This document shows, piece by piece, positions 1 to 9,840 of a stretch of DNA of 64,000 nucleotides. A program made the translations under genes and the position numbers. Positions within the stretch are counted from its first letter, which is position 1. The number at the start of each line of letters is the position of its first letter. Source of the DNA: Phormidesmis sp. (GTDB taxonomy: Bacteria; Cyanobacteriota; Cyanobacteriia; Leptolyngbyales; Leptolyngbyaceae); NCBI GenBank assembly GCA_965248535.1, contig CBDFJR010000005.1, positions 1,728,001 to 1,792,000 on the forward strand. The letters run 5' to 3'. The notes beneath the pieces are model-generated. The model saw only the letters and a program-made list of their open reading frames with translations. It was not told the DNA's origin and did no database searches.

Positions 1-714
1 AGTTCTACAAAAACTAGACTTTTGCTCAATGCCTATCAAACCGCCGGGCAGTCTCTCTGCTATTGCCCGATCGACGTTAGCGCGGGCATTCTCGAAAGCA
101 GCGCTCAGAGTTTGTTGCTTGACTATCCAACTCTGCAAGTTCACGCCCTCGTTGGCACCTATGAACTGGCTCTTCAGCGGTTAGCGCCTAGTCATTTGCC
201 GACGCGCATGATCTGCTTTATCGGCAGCACTTTGGGCAATCTCAACCCGCAAGAATGCGATCGGTTTCTTGACCAGATTAAAAACGCTCTGCAACCGGGT
301 GAATATTTTCTTTTAGGCATCGACTTGCAAAAGTCAAAAGCTCAACTAGAAGCCGCCTATAACGATCGTCAAGGCATCACCGCCGCGTTTAATTTGAATA
401 TGCTGCGTCATCTCAACCACCGCTTTGAGGGCACCTTTGATCTGAGTCAGTTTGAGCATTTCGCGTTTTATAACGAGACTCACCACCAAATCGAAATGCA
501 CCTTCGCAGCCTAAAGTCGCAAGTCGCGCATCTCAGAGCTTTGGGGTTAACTGTCGAGTTTGCGCCCGGAGAATCCATTTTGAGTGAAATTTCTCGTAAA
601 TTTAGCCTGACAACCCTTCAGCAAGATCTTGAGAACAAGGGGCTAAAATCACGGCAGGTTTGGACAGATGCCCAGCAGTGGTTTGGCGTGATTCTCTGTC
701 AGCTAGAACCTTGA
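1..714 (+). CDS. egtD: L-histidine N-alpha-methyltransferase (ergothioneine biosynthesis), 5'-truncated by window
   Basis: Frame is open from base 1 (SSTKTRLLLNAY). Motifs FIGSTLGN, AAYND..GITAAFNLN, IEMHL, SEISRKF. Confidence 0.88.
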   Translation, partial: SSTKTRLLLNAYQTAGQSLCYCPIDVSAGILESSAQSLLLDYPTLQVHALVGTYELALQRLAPSHLPTRMICFIGSTLGNLNPQECDRFLDQIKNALQPGEYFLLGIDLQKSKAQLEAAYNDRQGITAAFNLNMLRHLNHRFEGTFDLSQFEHFAFYNETHHQIEMHLRSLKSQVAHLRALGLTVEFAPGESILSEISRKFSLTTLQQDLENKGLKSRQVWTDAQQWFGVILCQLEP

Positions 715-1042
715 TTAGACAGTCGCTTGACTCGACAGTGAGAATCTCTGAAAAGTGGCTGATTTTTTGGGCGATCGCACCCACTTCATAACCGCAGAGT
801 TTAGTGACATTGCCTAACTGAGCTAGTGATTTGTGATTTGTTTTGCCAATTCTAGATAAACTTGAGTAGACAAATGGGAATTTGTGTCATTGAATAGAGT
901 CAGGCCTCCCAACCCTGGCGTTTTGCAAGGTAAACGAGTGTCATAGATTTAGATTCCTGGATTGAGTCACCGTTTGCTGAATAGAGTTTCAGACTCAAGA
1001 TTTATCCGTTAAAATTCAATCCAGATGTGAAGGTGTGAGGAG

Positions 1043-1672
1043 ATGAGCGATACAACTTCGTTTTTAGGAGGAGCCGCGTTAGCAGGCCTAGCCGCCATCA
1101 TTTTGTTAAAGGGTGGTGTCAGTGCCAGTGCGCCTGGTTTTACAGCGCCTCAGACGCTCCCGGTTCAGCCCTACCCAACCGCAACCCTACCCTATGCTGG
1201 GATGTCTCCTGCAACGGCCACACCCACCGTTTATGACTTAGAAAAGCAACGACTCGAAACAGAGCAACTCAAGGCGCAGTTTGAGCAACAGCGCGTGCAG
1301 ACTGCTCAACTCAAGGCGCAGATTCAAAGCCAGCAAACCCTGATCGAAACCTTAAACGCCCAAACCAAACCTAGTGGTGGGTTACCCATTCCTGCAAAAG
1401 TAGCCCAGGGGCAACTTTCAAGCTCAGAATCAGTGTCAACCAATCCGATGATGACGGGCGTTCTCTGGGCCCTAGGTGGGATGCTGCTTGCCTTTGGGGG
1501 CGGTCTGGCCCTAGTGGGGATGTTTGTCTTGTTTTCTCGTCAGCAGCGACCCTCGCGCACGATCGAGGTGATTCACGACGAATATCCTAGCTATCTGCCT
1601 GCGCGCCGCAAGCCCCAAGTGTTGCCCTCGCGCCGCGCCATTAAGCGGGTAGATGCAGACGACTGGGAATAG
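1043..1672 (+). CDS. PatN-like membrane protein ('heterocyst differentiation related protein' family)
   Basis: N-terminal FLGGAALAGLAAIILLKG, Pro-rich linker, Gln-rich coiled coil and C-terminal TM helix. Architecture recalled from Nostoc PatN. Confidence 0.55.
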   Translation: MSDTTSFLGGAALAGLAAIILLKGGVSASAPGFTAPQTLPVQPYPTATLPYAGMSPATATPTVYDLEKQRLETEQLKAQFEQQRVQTAQLKAQIQSQQTLIETLNAQTKPSGGLPIPAKVAQGQLSSSESVSTNPMMTGVLWALGGMLLAFGGGLALVGMFVLFSRQQRPSRTIEVIHDEYPSYLPARRKPQVLPSRRAIKRVDADDWE

Positions 1673-2576
1673 GGCGATCGTGGACAGATACCTGCCCAAA
1701 CGCTGGCGCATTGATCAACGGCAGTTAACACCCTATCTGTTTTTGCTGCCCGCTCTAGTGGTTTTAGGGCTGACGGTCTTTTACCCGGCGCTTCAGGCTT
1801 TTTATCTCAGCTTTACTCACTATGACTTGCTAGACTCGCCGCAGTGGGTCGGGATCACAAACTTTCGTCGGCTGTGGGCTGATCCGATTTTTTGGCAAAC
1901 GCTGCGAAACACGCTGCTCTATCTGGTCTGCGCGGTTCCTATTCTCGTCACGGTGCCGTTGGGTCTGGCGATTTTGGTCAATCAAAAGCTGCGCGGAATT
2001 CGCTGGTTTCGGGTGGCTTACTATACGCCTGTGATCATTTCAATGGTGGTGGCGGGCATCGCCTGGAAGTGGCTTTACGCAGAGCAGGGGCTGCTTAATC
2101 AGTTTCTCAAATTATCTGGACTTTCGACTGAGGGAATCCCTTGGCTGACCAGTCCTGATTGGTCAATTTTTAGCGTCATCGGGGTGACAGTCTGGAAAGG
2201 ATTGGGCTATTACATGGTGATTTATCTAGCGGGGTTGCAGGCGATCCCAGATGATCTGTATGAAGCCGCCGCGATCGACGGTTCTGACGGGTTTCGCAAA
2301 CATTGGGATATCACCATCCCCTTGATGCGGCCTTATTTATTTCTAGTAGCTGTGATCTCAGCCATCTCGGCCACTAAAGTCTTTGAAGAGATTTATATCA
2401 TGACCCAGGGCGGCCCGCTCAATAGCTCTAAGACGATCGTCTACTATGTCTATGAGCAAGCCTTTCAGAGTTTAGATATCAGCTATGCCTGCACGATCGG
2501 GCTGGTGATGTTTTTGATAATTTTGGCTCTGTCAATTTTGCGTCTAAGTATGCAGCGCTCAGAGCCAAGCACTTAG
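1653..2576 (+). CDS. Carbohydrate ABC transporter permease
   Basis: Six TM segments and EAA loop LYEAAAIDGS. Start may be slightly downstream. Confidence 0.9.
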   Translation: MQTTGNRAIVDRYLPKRWRIDQRQLTPYLFLLPALVVLGLTVFYPALQAFYLSFTHYDLLDSPQWVGITNFRRLWADPIFWQTLRNTLLYLVCAVPILVTVPLGLAILVNQKLRGIRWFRVAYYTPVIISMVVAGIAWKWLYAEQGLLNQFLKLSGLSTEGIPWLTSPDWSIFSVIGVTVWKGLGYYMVIYLAGLQAIPDDLYEAAAIDGSDGFRKHWDITIPLMRPYLFLVAVISAISATKVFEEIYIMTQGGPLNSSKTIVYYVYEQAFQSLDISYACTIGLVMFLIILALSILRLSMQRSEPST

Positions 2577-3472
2577 CGGGGATCAGCTAGACTCATCACC
2601 CAAGTTTGAATCAACTCGTTGACGCGATCGGGCACTTCATCATGAGGGCAATGACCTGCGTTCAGATAATATTCTGTCAATTGCGGGTGATAGCTGCGAA
2701 ACTTTTGGCCGCGTTCTCGTGCATTAATCCAGGGATCGCCTTCACCCCACAGCATCAGGAGCGGTTTTGTTAGGGCATTGAGCAGCACATCCACCTTTTC
2801 ACCTTGGGGTGTGCGAAAGACCGACGCAAACACCTTTTCGGCTCCGATGTCACATGACGGCCGATAAATGTCTTCGACTAGCTCATCGGTTACAGCACTT
2901 TGGTCGAGATAGACCTTTTCTAACGTCTTGCGAATCACCGATTTTTGCTTGATGTATTGAAACAGCAAAAAACTCGCCCAATCTTGCCGAAACAGCGTGG
3001 TCACGACTTCACCCATCACCTTGCGAAGGGGATCAGGCTTGGTAGTGCCCTGAAGGTCAGTGAACGGGCCCGCACTGTTGATCAGAATCAGTCCTGCTGC
3101 CGATTCGGGACGCTGCGACGCAACGCAGAGAGCCGCATAGCCCCCCAGAGAGTTGCCTGCCAAAACCGCAGGTTGCCCCATCACCTCAGTGATAAATTCG
3201 TGAAGCTGATCGCGCCAGAGATCGCCGCTGTAGCTCCAGTTGGGTTTGCCCGATCGTCCAAATCCCAGGAGATCGATCGCCCAGACTTCAAAGTGCTGGC
3301 TCAACGCGATGATATTTTTTTTCCAGTGGTCGGTCGATGCCCCAAACCCATGAATGAGCAGCAAAGGAGGGCGCTGTGGATGTCGTTCTCCGGCTTTGAC
3401 GTAGTAGATCGGCTGCTGTCGCCAAGTCCAATATTGACCGGGTAGAGAAGTAACTGTAGGCGCTACCTGCAT
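2573..3472 (-). CDS. Alpha/beta fold hydrolase
   Basis: LLIHGFGAS, GNSLGG nucleophile elbow, GHCPHDE. Start taken at MQVAPT (ATG 3472). Confidence 0.88.
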   Translation of the reverse strand: MQVAPTVTSLPGQYWTWRQQPIYYVKAGERHPQRPPLLLIHGFGASTDHWKKNIIALSQHFEVWAIDLLGFGRSGKPNWSYSGDLWRDQLHEFITEVMGQPAVLAGNSLGGYAALCVASQRPESAAGLILINSAGPFTDLQGTTKPDPLRKVMGEVVTTLFRQDWASFLLFQYIKQKSVIRKTLEKVYLDQSAVTDELVEDIYRPSCDIGAEKVFASVFRTPQGEKVDVLLNALTKPLLMLWGEGDPWINARERGQKFRSYHPQLTEYYLNAGHCPHDEVPDRVNELIQTWVMSLADPR

Positions 3473-3584
3473 GATGTCAAGATAAAAGTCACTTGTGTCA
3501 TTGTAGAGCCTACAGAGGGGGGATTTGCAGACGATCGACCCTGTAGAATTTTTCACGGACGATCGCTGCTGACCGCCCCCAATC

Positions 3585-4367
3585 CTAAGCCGCAACTTTT
3601 TCTAAAGCTGGGTTGCGTTGGAAACTCGAAGCGTCTGCCTCCAGATCCACGGGCGCACCTTCTTCGACCATTGAGGCCATTTGTCCGCCCTTTTGGATGA
3701 AGTTGGTCACCATGGCAACCATGGCATTGACCTTGCGGGTGCGCCATTCGTCGATCGCTTGCTCAGTTGCCGCCGATCCCAAATAACGCTCCATCGCCTC
3801 GTGCAAATAACCCGCGTGACCTGTCTCATCGTGAGCAACGCTGATCAAGCTTTTTTTGAGGTTGGCGGTGTGAGACTCGTCTTCGGGCAAGATGCTGGCC
3901 ATTCTCAGAAAATCTTTGCTGGCATCTAGTTCTAAAACATAGGTGCTGGCCAAAAACACCGTCCACTCAATGGTTTGGGGCTTGAGTTGCGCTTGAGAAT
4001 AACCCTGAAAATAGGAGTCAAAAAACGGGCTGCGTTTGCGATCGTCCGGTTTGCCATCGCTCAGTTTTTGCGGCAGCTTTTGAAAATCGATGACTTGCTT
4101 ATTGAGTTGTTTGAGCGCGTGAGCAAAAATTTGACCGTGCCGCCGCTCATCAGAGGCGTGACGATCGAGCCGTTCAGCTAGCCAAGCATTTCCTTCAGCT
4201 TGAGCACGATCGCGCAGCGCTTCGAGAAAGGGCACTGAGCCAGACTCTGCTAACTGAAACCCAGCCAAAACATTAGGTCGAGTTTGCAAATCTCTCAGGC
4301 TGCGGGCAGAGATAAACGCCGCTGCTCCAGACCCTGCCAAGTGTAGAAGTTGAGTCAAAAAGTTCAT
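3585..4367 (-). CDS. Ferritin-like (di-iron carboxylate) domain protein
   Basis: Two ExxH motifs (DERRH, DETGH) with upstream Glu ligands. Confidence 0.75.
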   Translation of the reverse strand: MNFLTQLLHLAGSGAAAFISARSLRDLQTRPNVLAGFQLAESGSVPFLEALRDRAQAEGNAWLAERLDRHASDERRHGQIFAHALKQLNKQVIDFQKLPQKLSDGKPDDRKRSPFFDSYFQGYSQAQLKPQTIEWTVFLASTYVLELDASKDFLRMASILPEDESHTANLKKSLISVAHDETGHAGYLHEAMERYLGSAATEQAIDEWRTRKVNAMVAMVTNFIQKGGQMASMVEEGAPVDLEADASSFQRNPALEKVAA

Positions 4368-4524
4368 AAAGTTTTGTCAAGATTCTGCTGTTTGGATCGT
4401 AGCGCGCTTTCTGAGGGGAAGCCGCTCTCTGAGGCTGATTCCTTCACAATTCCTCCCTCCCCCGTTTTTAGAAGAATTCTATACACTAAGAAAGGCAAAG
4501 AGCAAAATCATTTTGGGGGTTCTG

Positions 4525-6090
4525 GTGCGCCTGTTTACGACTGTTGCTGCTTTGCGCTGCTATCTAGACCTCTGTCGAGAAAACCAACCTGGCTCAGATG
4601 AGCTTAACCCAAACGGTTTAGAAGTCGGACTGGTGCCTACCATGGGCGCACTGCACACAGGGCATCTCAGTCTGATGCGACGGGCTAGACAAGAAAACGG
4701 GAAGGTGGTTGTCACCATTTTTGTCAACCCCCTGCAATTTGGCCCCAATGAGGATTTTCATCAATATCCTCGCACTCTAGAGCAAGACCGACAGCTTTGT
4801 GAGCAGGCTGGAGTCAACGCCATTTTTGCACCCACAGCCGCCGAACTGGGACTCGATCGCCAGCCCTCTGTGCAGGTGATGCTCCCGGCATCTATGACTT
4901 CTGTGCTCTGCGGTGCCTTTAGACCCGGACACTTTCAAGGCGTGGCGATGGTCGTGACCAAGCTTCTCAGTCTCGTTCAGCCCGATCGGGCCTACTTTGG
5001 GCGTAAAGATGCTCAACAGCTAGCGATTATTCAGCGTTTGGTGACCGACCTAAGCTTGCCCGTCGAAGTGGTGCCCTGCGCGATCGTGCGTGAGCCAGAC
5101 GGGTTAGCCCTGAGTTCGCGTAACCAATATCTGAGCGCAGAACAACGCCAGCAGGCGATCGCGCTCTATCAAGGGCTTTCTCAAGCCGAAAAAGCTTTTC
5201 GATCAGGAGAGCGCTTGAGTGCTAATTTAATTCAGGCAGTAAAGAAAGAACTGGAGAAGGTGCCAGCCATGAAGACCGAATATATTGAGTTAGTCCATCC
5301 CACCACCCTTGCGCCGCTAGAAGTCATTGAAGAAGCCGGATTGCTAGCGGTGGCTGCCCGTTTAGGTTCGACTCGGCTAATCGACAATAGTTTGCTTCGC
5401 ACTCGCAGACCGATTTTAGCGATCGACGGACCAGCCGGGGCAGGAAAATCTACGGTCGCCCGTCGCGTCGCCGAGCAGCTAAACCTGTTTTATCTCGACA
5501 CCGGAGCCATGTATCGGGCGCTGACTTGGTTAGTCTTGCAGTCTAGAATCGCAGTCGATGACGAGCCAGCGATCGCAGAATTGGTCAGTCAAAGTCACAT
5601 TGAGTTTCAAGATTATGAGTCGGACGAGCAACACTCAAAGCACATTTTTATCAACGATCGAGATGTCACTCAAGAGATTCGCAATGCAGACGTGACAGCA
5701 AATGTCTCGGCCATCTCTGCCCATGCAGTGGTGCGAAAGGTTTTAGTCAAACAACAACAGCGCTATGGCAGCAGTGGCGGTATTGTGATCGAAGGTCGCG
5801 ATATTGGAACGTGTGTTTTCCCTGATGCTGAGGTGAAAATCTTTTTAACAGCCTCAGTGCACGAACGAGCCAGACGCAGACAGCAAGATCTCAAAAACCA
5901 GGGCAAAGGCGAGATCAGCTTAGATGAGTTAGAACAATCGATTTTTGAGCGCGATCGTCAAGACAGCACCCGTGTGATTTCGCCCCTGAGAAAGGCCGAT
6001 GATGCGATCGAAATCCAGACTGATCATCTCGGCATTGATCAAGTGGTGAGAGCGATCGTGAAATGCTATCGAGAAAAACTTTCTTCCTAG
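4525..6090 (+). CDS. panC/cmk: Bifunctional pantoate-beta-alanine ligase / cytidylate kinase
   Basis: PTMGALHTGH, RPGHFQGV and LALSSRN, followed by IDGPAGAGKST and DTGAMYR. GTG start at 4525. Confidence 0.95.
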   Translation: MRLFTTVAALRCYLDLCRENQPGSDELNPNGLEVGLVPTMGALHTGHLSLMRRARQENGKVVVTIFVNPLQFGPNEDFHQYPRTLEQDRQLCEQAGVNAIFAPTAAELGLDRQPSVQVMLPASMTSVLCGAFRPGHFQGVAMVVTKLLSLVQPDRAYFGRKDAQQLAIIQRLVTDLSLPVEVVPCAIVREPDGLALSSRNQYLSAEQRQQAIALYQGLSQAEKAFRSGERLSANLIQAVKKELEKVPAMKTEYIELVHPTTLAPLEVIEEAGLLAVAARLGSTRLIDNSLLRTRRPILAIDGPAGAGKSTVARRVAEQLNLFYLDTGAMYRALTWLVLQSRIAVDDEPAIAELVSQSHIEFQDYESDEQHSKHIFINDRDVTQEIRNADVTANVSAISAHAVVRKVLVKQQQRYGSSGGIVIEGRDIGTCVFPDAEVKIFLTASVHERARRRQQDLKNQGKGEISLDELEQSIFERDRQDSTRVISPLRKADDAIEIQTDHLGIDQVVRAIVKCYREKLSS

Positions 6091-6114
6091 CGGAAAACTT
6101 GATCGCCCGTTAAG

Positions 6115-7167
6115 TCAAGTCTGCAAGGTGACCTGAATTTTGAGAATTCCTGAACTGCCGTCTTTGCCATTGGCATCTTCTAGGGGCTGCTGTTGACGAT
6201 CGGACTTTGCCCGCGCCAATAGCCCATAGGTTCCGGGCTGTTGAGGTTTCCAGAGATAGCGCCATAGCGTCCATTCATGGGGCGAGTTGGGGCGATTTTG
6301 GTTAGCTTGACTCCAAGAAGCGCCATGATCAGTGCTGACCTCGATCGCTTGAATGGGACTGGAGCGATCGAGGGCCACCCCCGCTAACAAGATGCCTTTT
6401 TGCCAACCTGCATCCCCGTCTCGACTCACATTGACTTGATGTTGACGATTCCACACACGAGTTGATTGCACCTGCCGCATCAGCGCATGAGTCGGAATCT
6501 CTGCCGAGTTTGACCAGCCTTGATTCTCCCAAAATCCCGTTTTGGGTTTTGTGATCGCCTCGATTTCCACAATCCACTTAGGCTGTTTTTGCCCATAGTG
6601 ACCTGGCACAATCAGCCGCATCGGATAGCCATGAGCAGCCGTCAGAGGCGCTTTGTTCATCTGATAGACGAGACGCACATCAGCGCGCATGATATCGTCT
6701 ACAGGCAGCGTTGTTTCATACCAATCAGCCCCTTTGAGCGCAAATTCTTGAACGTTGGAGTTAACGCCCGCCCGGTTTAAAAAGGGCAGCAGAGGCGTGC
6801 CCGTCCACTGCGCGTTGCCGATCAGATTGCCCCCTGCCGGGTTGCCAATGCACTCCATGGTTAGGTGAAAGTCTTCTGGCGGCGCTTGCAGAACATCTTG
6901 CAGGGTTAAAATTAGCGGCTTGGCAACGGCTCCTCTGATTTTGAGTTGCCACTGGTCGGCGTTGACTTTAGAAGGCAACGCATAAGACTGCACATAAAAC
7001 TCTTCTAGCGGTGTGATCAGGTGATCAGGCAGCGGGGTTTCTGGGTTGAGCAAACTCAGGAGAAAGAGCGGCTCGATCGAGCTTGACTGACAGCCACCTA
7101 ACACGCTAGCTGCAATCAGCCCGCCGGAGGTTTGAAGGAGATGTTTCAGAAGTTCTCGACGGTTCAC
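6115..7167 (-). CDS. Molybdopterin-dependent oxidoreductase, sulfite oxidase family (Tat lipoprotein)
   Basis: NRRELL Tat motif, lipobox LGGC, MECIGN Mo ligand, HGYPMRLIVPG..G.K..KW, C-terminal Ig-like dimerisation domain. Confidence 0.85.
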   Translation of the reverse strand: MNRRELLKHLLQTSGGLIAASVLGGCQSSSIEPLFLLSLLNPETPLPDHLITPLEEFYVQSYALPSKVNADQWQLKIRGAVAKPLILTLQDVLQAPPEDFHLTMECIGNPAGGNLIGNAQWTGTPLLPFLNRAGVNSNVQEFALKGADWYETTLPVDDIMRADVRLVYQMNKAPLTAAHGYPMRLIVPGHYGQKQPKWIVEIEAITKPKTGFWENQGWSNSAEIPTHALMRQVQSTRVWNRQHQVNVSRDGDAGWQKGILLAGVALDRSSPIQAIEVSTDHGASWSQANQNRPNSPHEWTLWRYLWKPQQPGTYGLLARAKSDRQQQPLEDANGKDGSSGILKIQVTLQT

Positions 7168-7357
7168 GGGTTAGAGAGGCGAGACAGTGCTTTATTAATT
7201 GTCTACCATCCTGCCTCAAGTGAGGTGAAACGGGGCGAGGTCGATCGCCGAACTGCATACGACCTGCTTACGTTCGGTAAGGTGGGATGCTAAATTTGTA
7301 GGACGCATTTCCGGTCGGTCGCTTAAAATACTCAACTACACGTTCGCCCCCACTGCT

Positions 7358-8881
7358 ATGCACTCACCGCTTCCTGATGGCACCGTGATTCAAAACCGAT
7401 ACCGCATTGAGCGCGTGTTGGGACAAGGAGGATTTGGCAGAACCTATCTGGCGATCGACACCAATCGCTTTAATGAATTCTGTGTGCTGAAGGAATTTGC
7501 ACCTCAGGATCAGAGCGCTACCAATCTACGCAAGGCAGAAGATCTCTTTACCCGCGAGGCTGGGGTGCTCTATCAGCTTCGCCATGCTCAGATTCCGCGC
7601 TTTCGAGAAATGTTTCGCGTGCATTATCTCGATCGAGAACTTCTCTTTCTCGCCCAAGACTACATTGACGGCATCACCTACGAAGCCTTAATGGATTCGC
7701 GCCAGGGGCAAGGCTTTAGCGAAGCCGAGATTCTGCAACTCTTGCACCAGATTTTGCCTGTGTTGACCTATATTCACAGTGCCGGAATTGTGCATCGCGA
7801 CATCGCGCCAGACAACATTATTTTACGATCGACGGATCAACAACCTGTCCTCATCGATTTTGGAGTGGTTAAGGCCTTAGCCAACAGACTCGCTCAACCT
7901 GCGGTCAGCCACACCCTCGTAGGCAAGCCGGGCTATGCCTCTCCTGAACAACTCCAGGCCGGAACCGCCAATCCGAGCAGTGATTTATATGCGTTGGCGG
8001 TGACCTGCATTGTGCTGCTGACCGGACGAGACCCCAAATCGCTTTATGATCCCGTAACGCTGACGTGGATCTGGCAGCGCCACGCCGCCGTCAGTCCTGC
8101 ATTGGCATCGGTTCTCAATCGGCTGTTGAGCTATAAACCGAGCGATCGCTACCCCGCCGCCGCCGATGTTTTGGCCGTGCTGTCGCCGCTCAAAGTCCAG
8201 TCCATTCCTCTCGCTCAACCTGTTGCCGTTCCGCCTTCTCTCACCCAGCAGAATACAGTCGCCTTAGTCGGACGAAGACGCGCCACCACCGTGGTCAAGA
8301 GCAACCCGGCTCAAGGTCTTTCACAAAAGGCTCATCAGCCGCCTCAGACAGGGCAGCGATCGCCGCTCCATGCCCTGCTCTATGCTCCCGTTTGGATCGT
8401 CAAAGGAACGGCTTACCTGATCGGGGCCACGATTCGGGGAGTCTTTGGAGTGATTAAATTCACCGTCTGGGGCATTTTTCAACTCATTTATCGACTGATT
8501 ATTTTTGGTCTGGTGATGGCGCTTTTGGCGTGGGCAGTCCCGCAAATTTTGGCGTTAGTTCCAGGTTTTGGGCCGGCGCTAAAGCTGGCTCAAGGATCAA
8601 AATCAACTCAAAAGCCGCCCCAAGGAGATGATTTAGAAACTCGCTGCCAAAAATTGGGGCTGGATTATGCTGCCTTTGTGCGATCGGTCAACGACCAGTT
8701 CTACACCAAATATCCCGATCGTAAGGGCAAGCTTTTGAGCGGTGATGACAAAGATAAAGAGATGCGCGACGAGTGGTATGCGATCGCGGATGAATTATTA
8801 AAAAAATCAGCCAAGGGTGATGCTGAAAGCACCTCACCGCGCAATCCTAATTTCTTTAAAAAAGTCGCTGAATCTGAGTAA
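7358..8881 (+). CDS. Hanks-type Ser/Thr protein kinase with C-terminal membrane segment
   Basis: LGQGGFG, VLKEF, HRDIAPDN, DFG, GYASPEQ, SDLYAL. Hydrophobic segment in the C-terminal third. Confidence 0.92.
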   Translation: MHSPLPDGTVIQNRYRIERVLGQGGFGRTYLAIDTNRFNEFCVLKEFAPQDQSATNLRKAEDLFTREAGVLYQLRHAQIPRFREMFRVHYLDRELLFLAQDYIDGITYEALMDSRQGQGFSEAEILQLLHQILPVLTYIHSAGIVHRDIAPDNIILRSTDQQPVLIDFGVVKALANRLAQPAVSHTLVGKPGYASPEQLQAGTANPSSDLYALAVTCIVLLTGRDPKSLYDPVTLTWIWQRHAAVSPALASVLNRLLSYKPSDRYPAAADVLAVLSPLKVQSIPLAQPVAVPPSLTQQNTVALVGRRRATTVVKSNPAQGLSQKAHQPPQTGQRSPLHALLYAPVWIVKGTAYLIGATIRGVFGVIKFTVWGIFQLIYRLIIFGLVMALLAWAVPQILALVPGFGPALKLAQGSKSTQKPPQGDDLETRCQKLGLDYAAFVRSVNDQFYTKYPDRKGKLLSGDDKDKEMRDEWYAIADELLKKSAKGDAESTSPRNPNFFKKVAESE

Positions 8882-8911
8882 GTGTCTGAACAGCCCGAAC
8901 CTCAGAAACCT

Positions 8912-9840
8912 ATGACCTCTCAGCCTCACGACCAGTTTGCAAAAGAGCTTTTGGGTGAGTTGCTCGCCCCCTTTGGAGAAGTCCGCTCTGATCTGCCCAT
9001 CAAAGGAGAGCGACGCTATGCCGATATCTGGTTTTTGCCTAACGCTAGCCCGATCGCGCCTCGCCAAGATTTAGGATTGTTGGGTCAACTGGTCGCCCTC
9101 CCCTGTCTACTTGAGCCGTTTCGGAACCCCGTCGATCGGGCAGAGATTCGCAATTGTCTGCTTAAACTGCTGCTTTTGCACAGTCAGCTACAGCGCCAAG
9201 GCAGTGCGACAAAAGACGACTCTTCAAGAAGCTGATCTTCCTCACTTGTGGCTCATCGTTCCCGACCGCTTCTGCTGACCTGCGGAGAAGCTTTGCTGCC
9301 GCTCAACCCTCCGCGTGGATCAAGGGCGTATATTTGCTGCCAGAAGCTTATAAATCTGGGCTAGTGGTGGTTCATCAACTTCCCAAAACAACCGACACGC
9401 TCTGGCTCAGGCTTCTAGGGCGGGGAACCGTGCAAAAGCAGGCGATTCGGGAATTCACAACCTTGTCAGACGCTGACCCCCTGCGAGATAGTATTGGTGA
9501 GATCCTATCAAGTTGGCGAACTACCCTAGAAGAACGGGGCAACTTAAACGAGCAAGAAGGCGAGTTACTTATGAACTTATCTCCCGCTTATCTACAGCGA
9601 AAGCAAGAAATCTTAGAAGAAGGCAGACAAGAAGGCAGACAAGAAGGCAGACAGGAAGGGACGTTGGCAGAGCGACGAACGACGATCGAGAACCTGCTCA
9701 AAATTCGCTTCGGCTCTCTGAGTGGGCTTTCTGCCATTATCGAACCGCTCTTAGCGCTGTCTCCAGAGGAATTCACGCCGCTGTTGCTGCAACAGTCTCG
9801 CGAACAGTTGCTCGATCGCTTCTCAAGCCAGACCCCTTAA
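8912..9840 (+). pseudogene. Rpn-like / PD-(D/E)XK family cyanobacterial protein ('HDQFAK' family) interrupted by two +1 frameshifts
   Basis: MTSQPHDQFAK..ADIWF..LLEPFRN, then a shift at about 9200 into QEADLPHLWLIV, then a shift at about 9261 into PTASAD..GVYLL..HQLPKT.DTLWLRLLGRG..(EGRQ)n. Confidence 0.8.
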
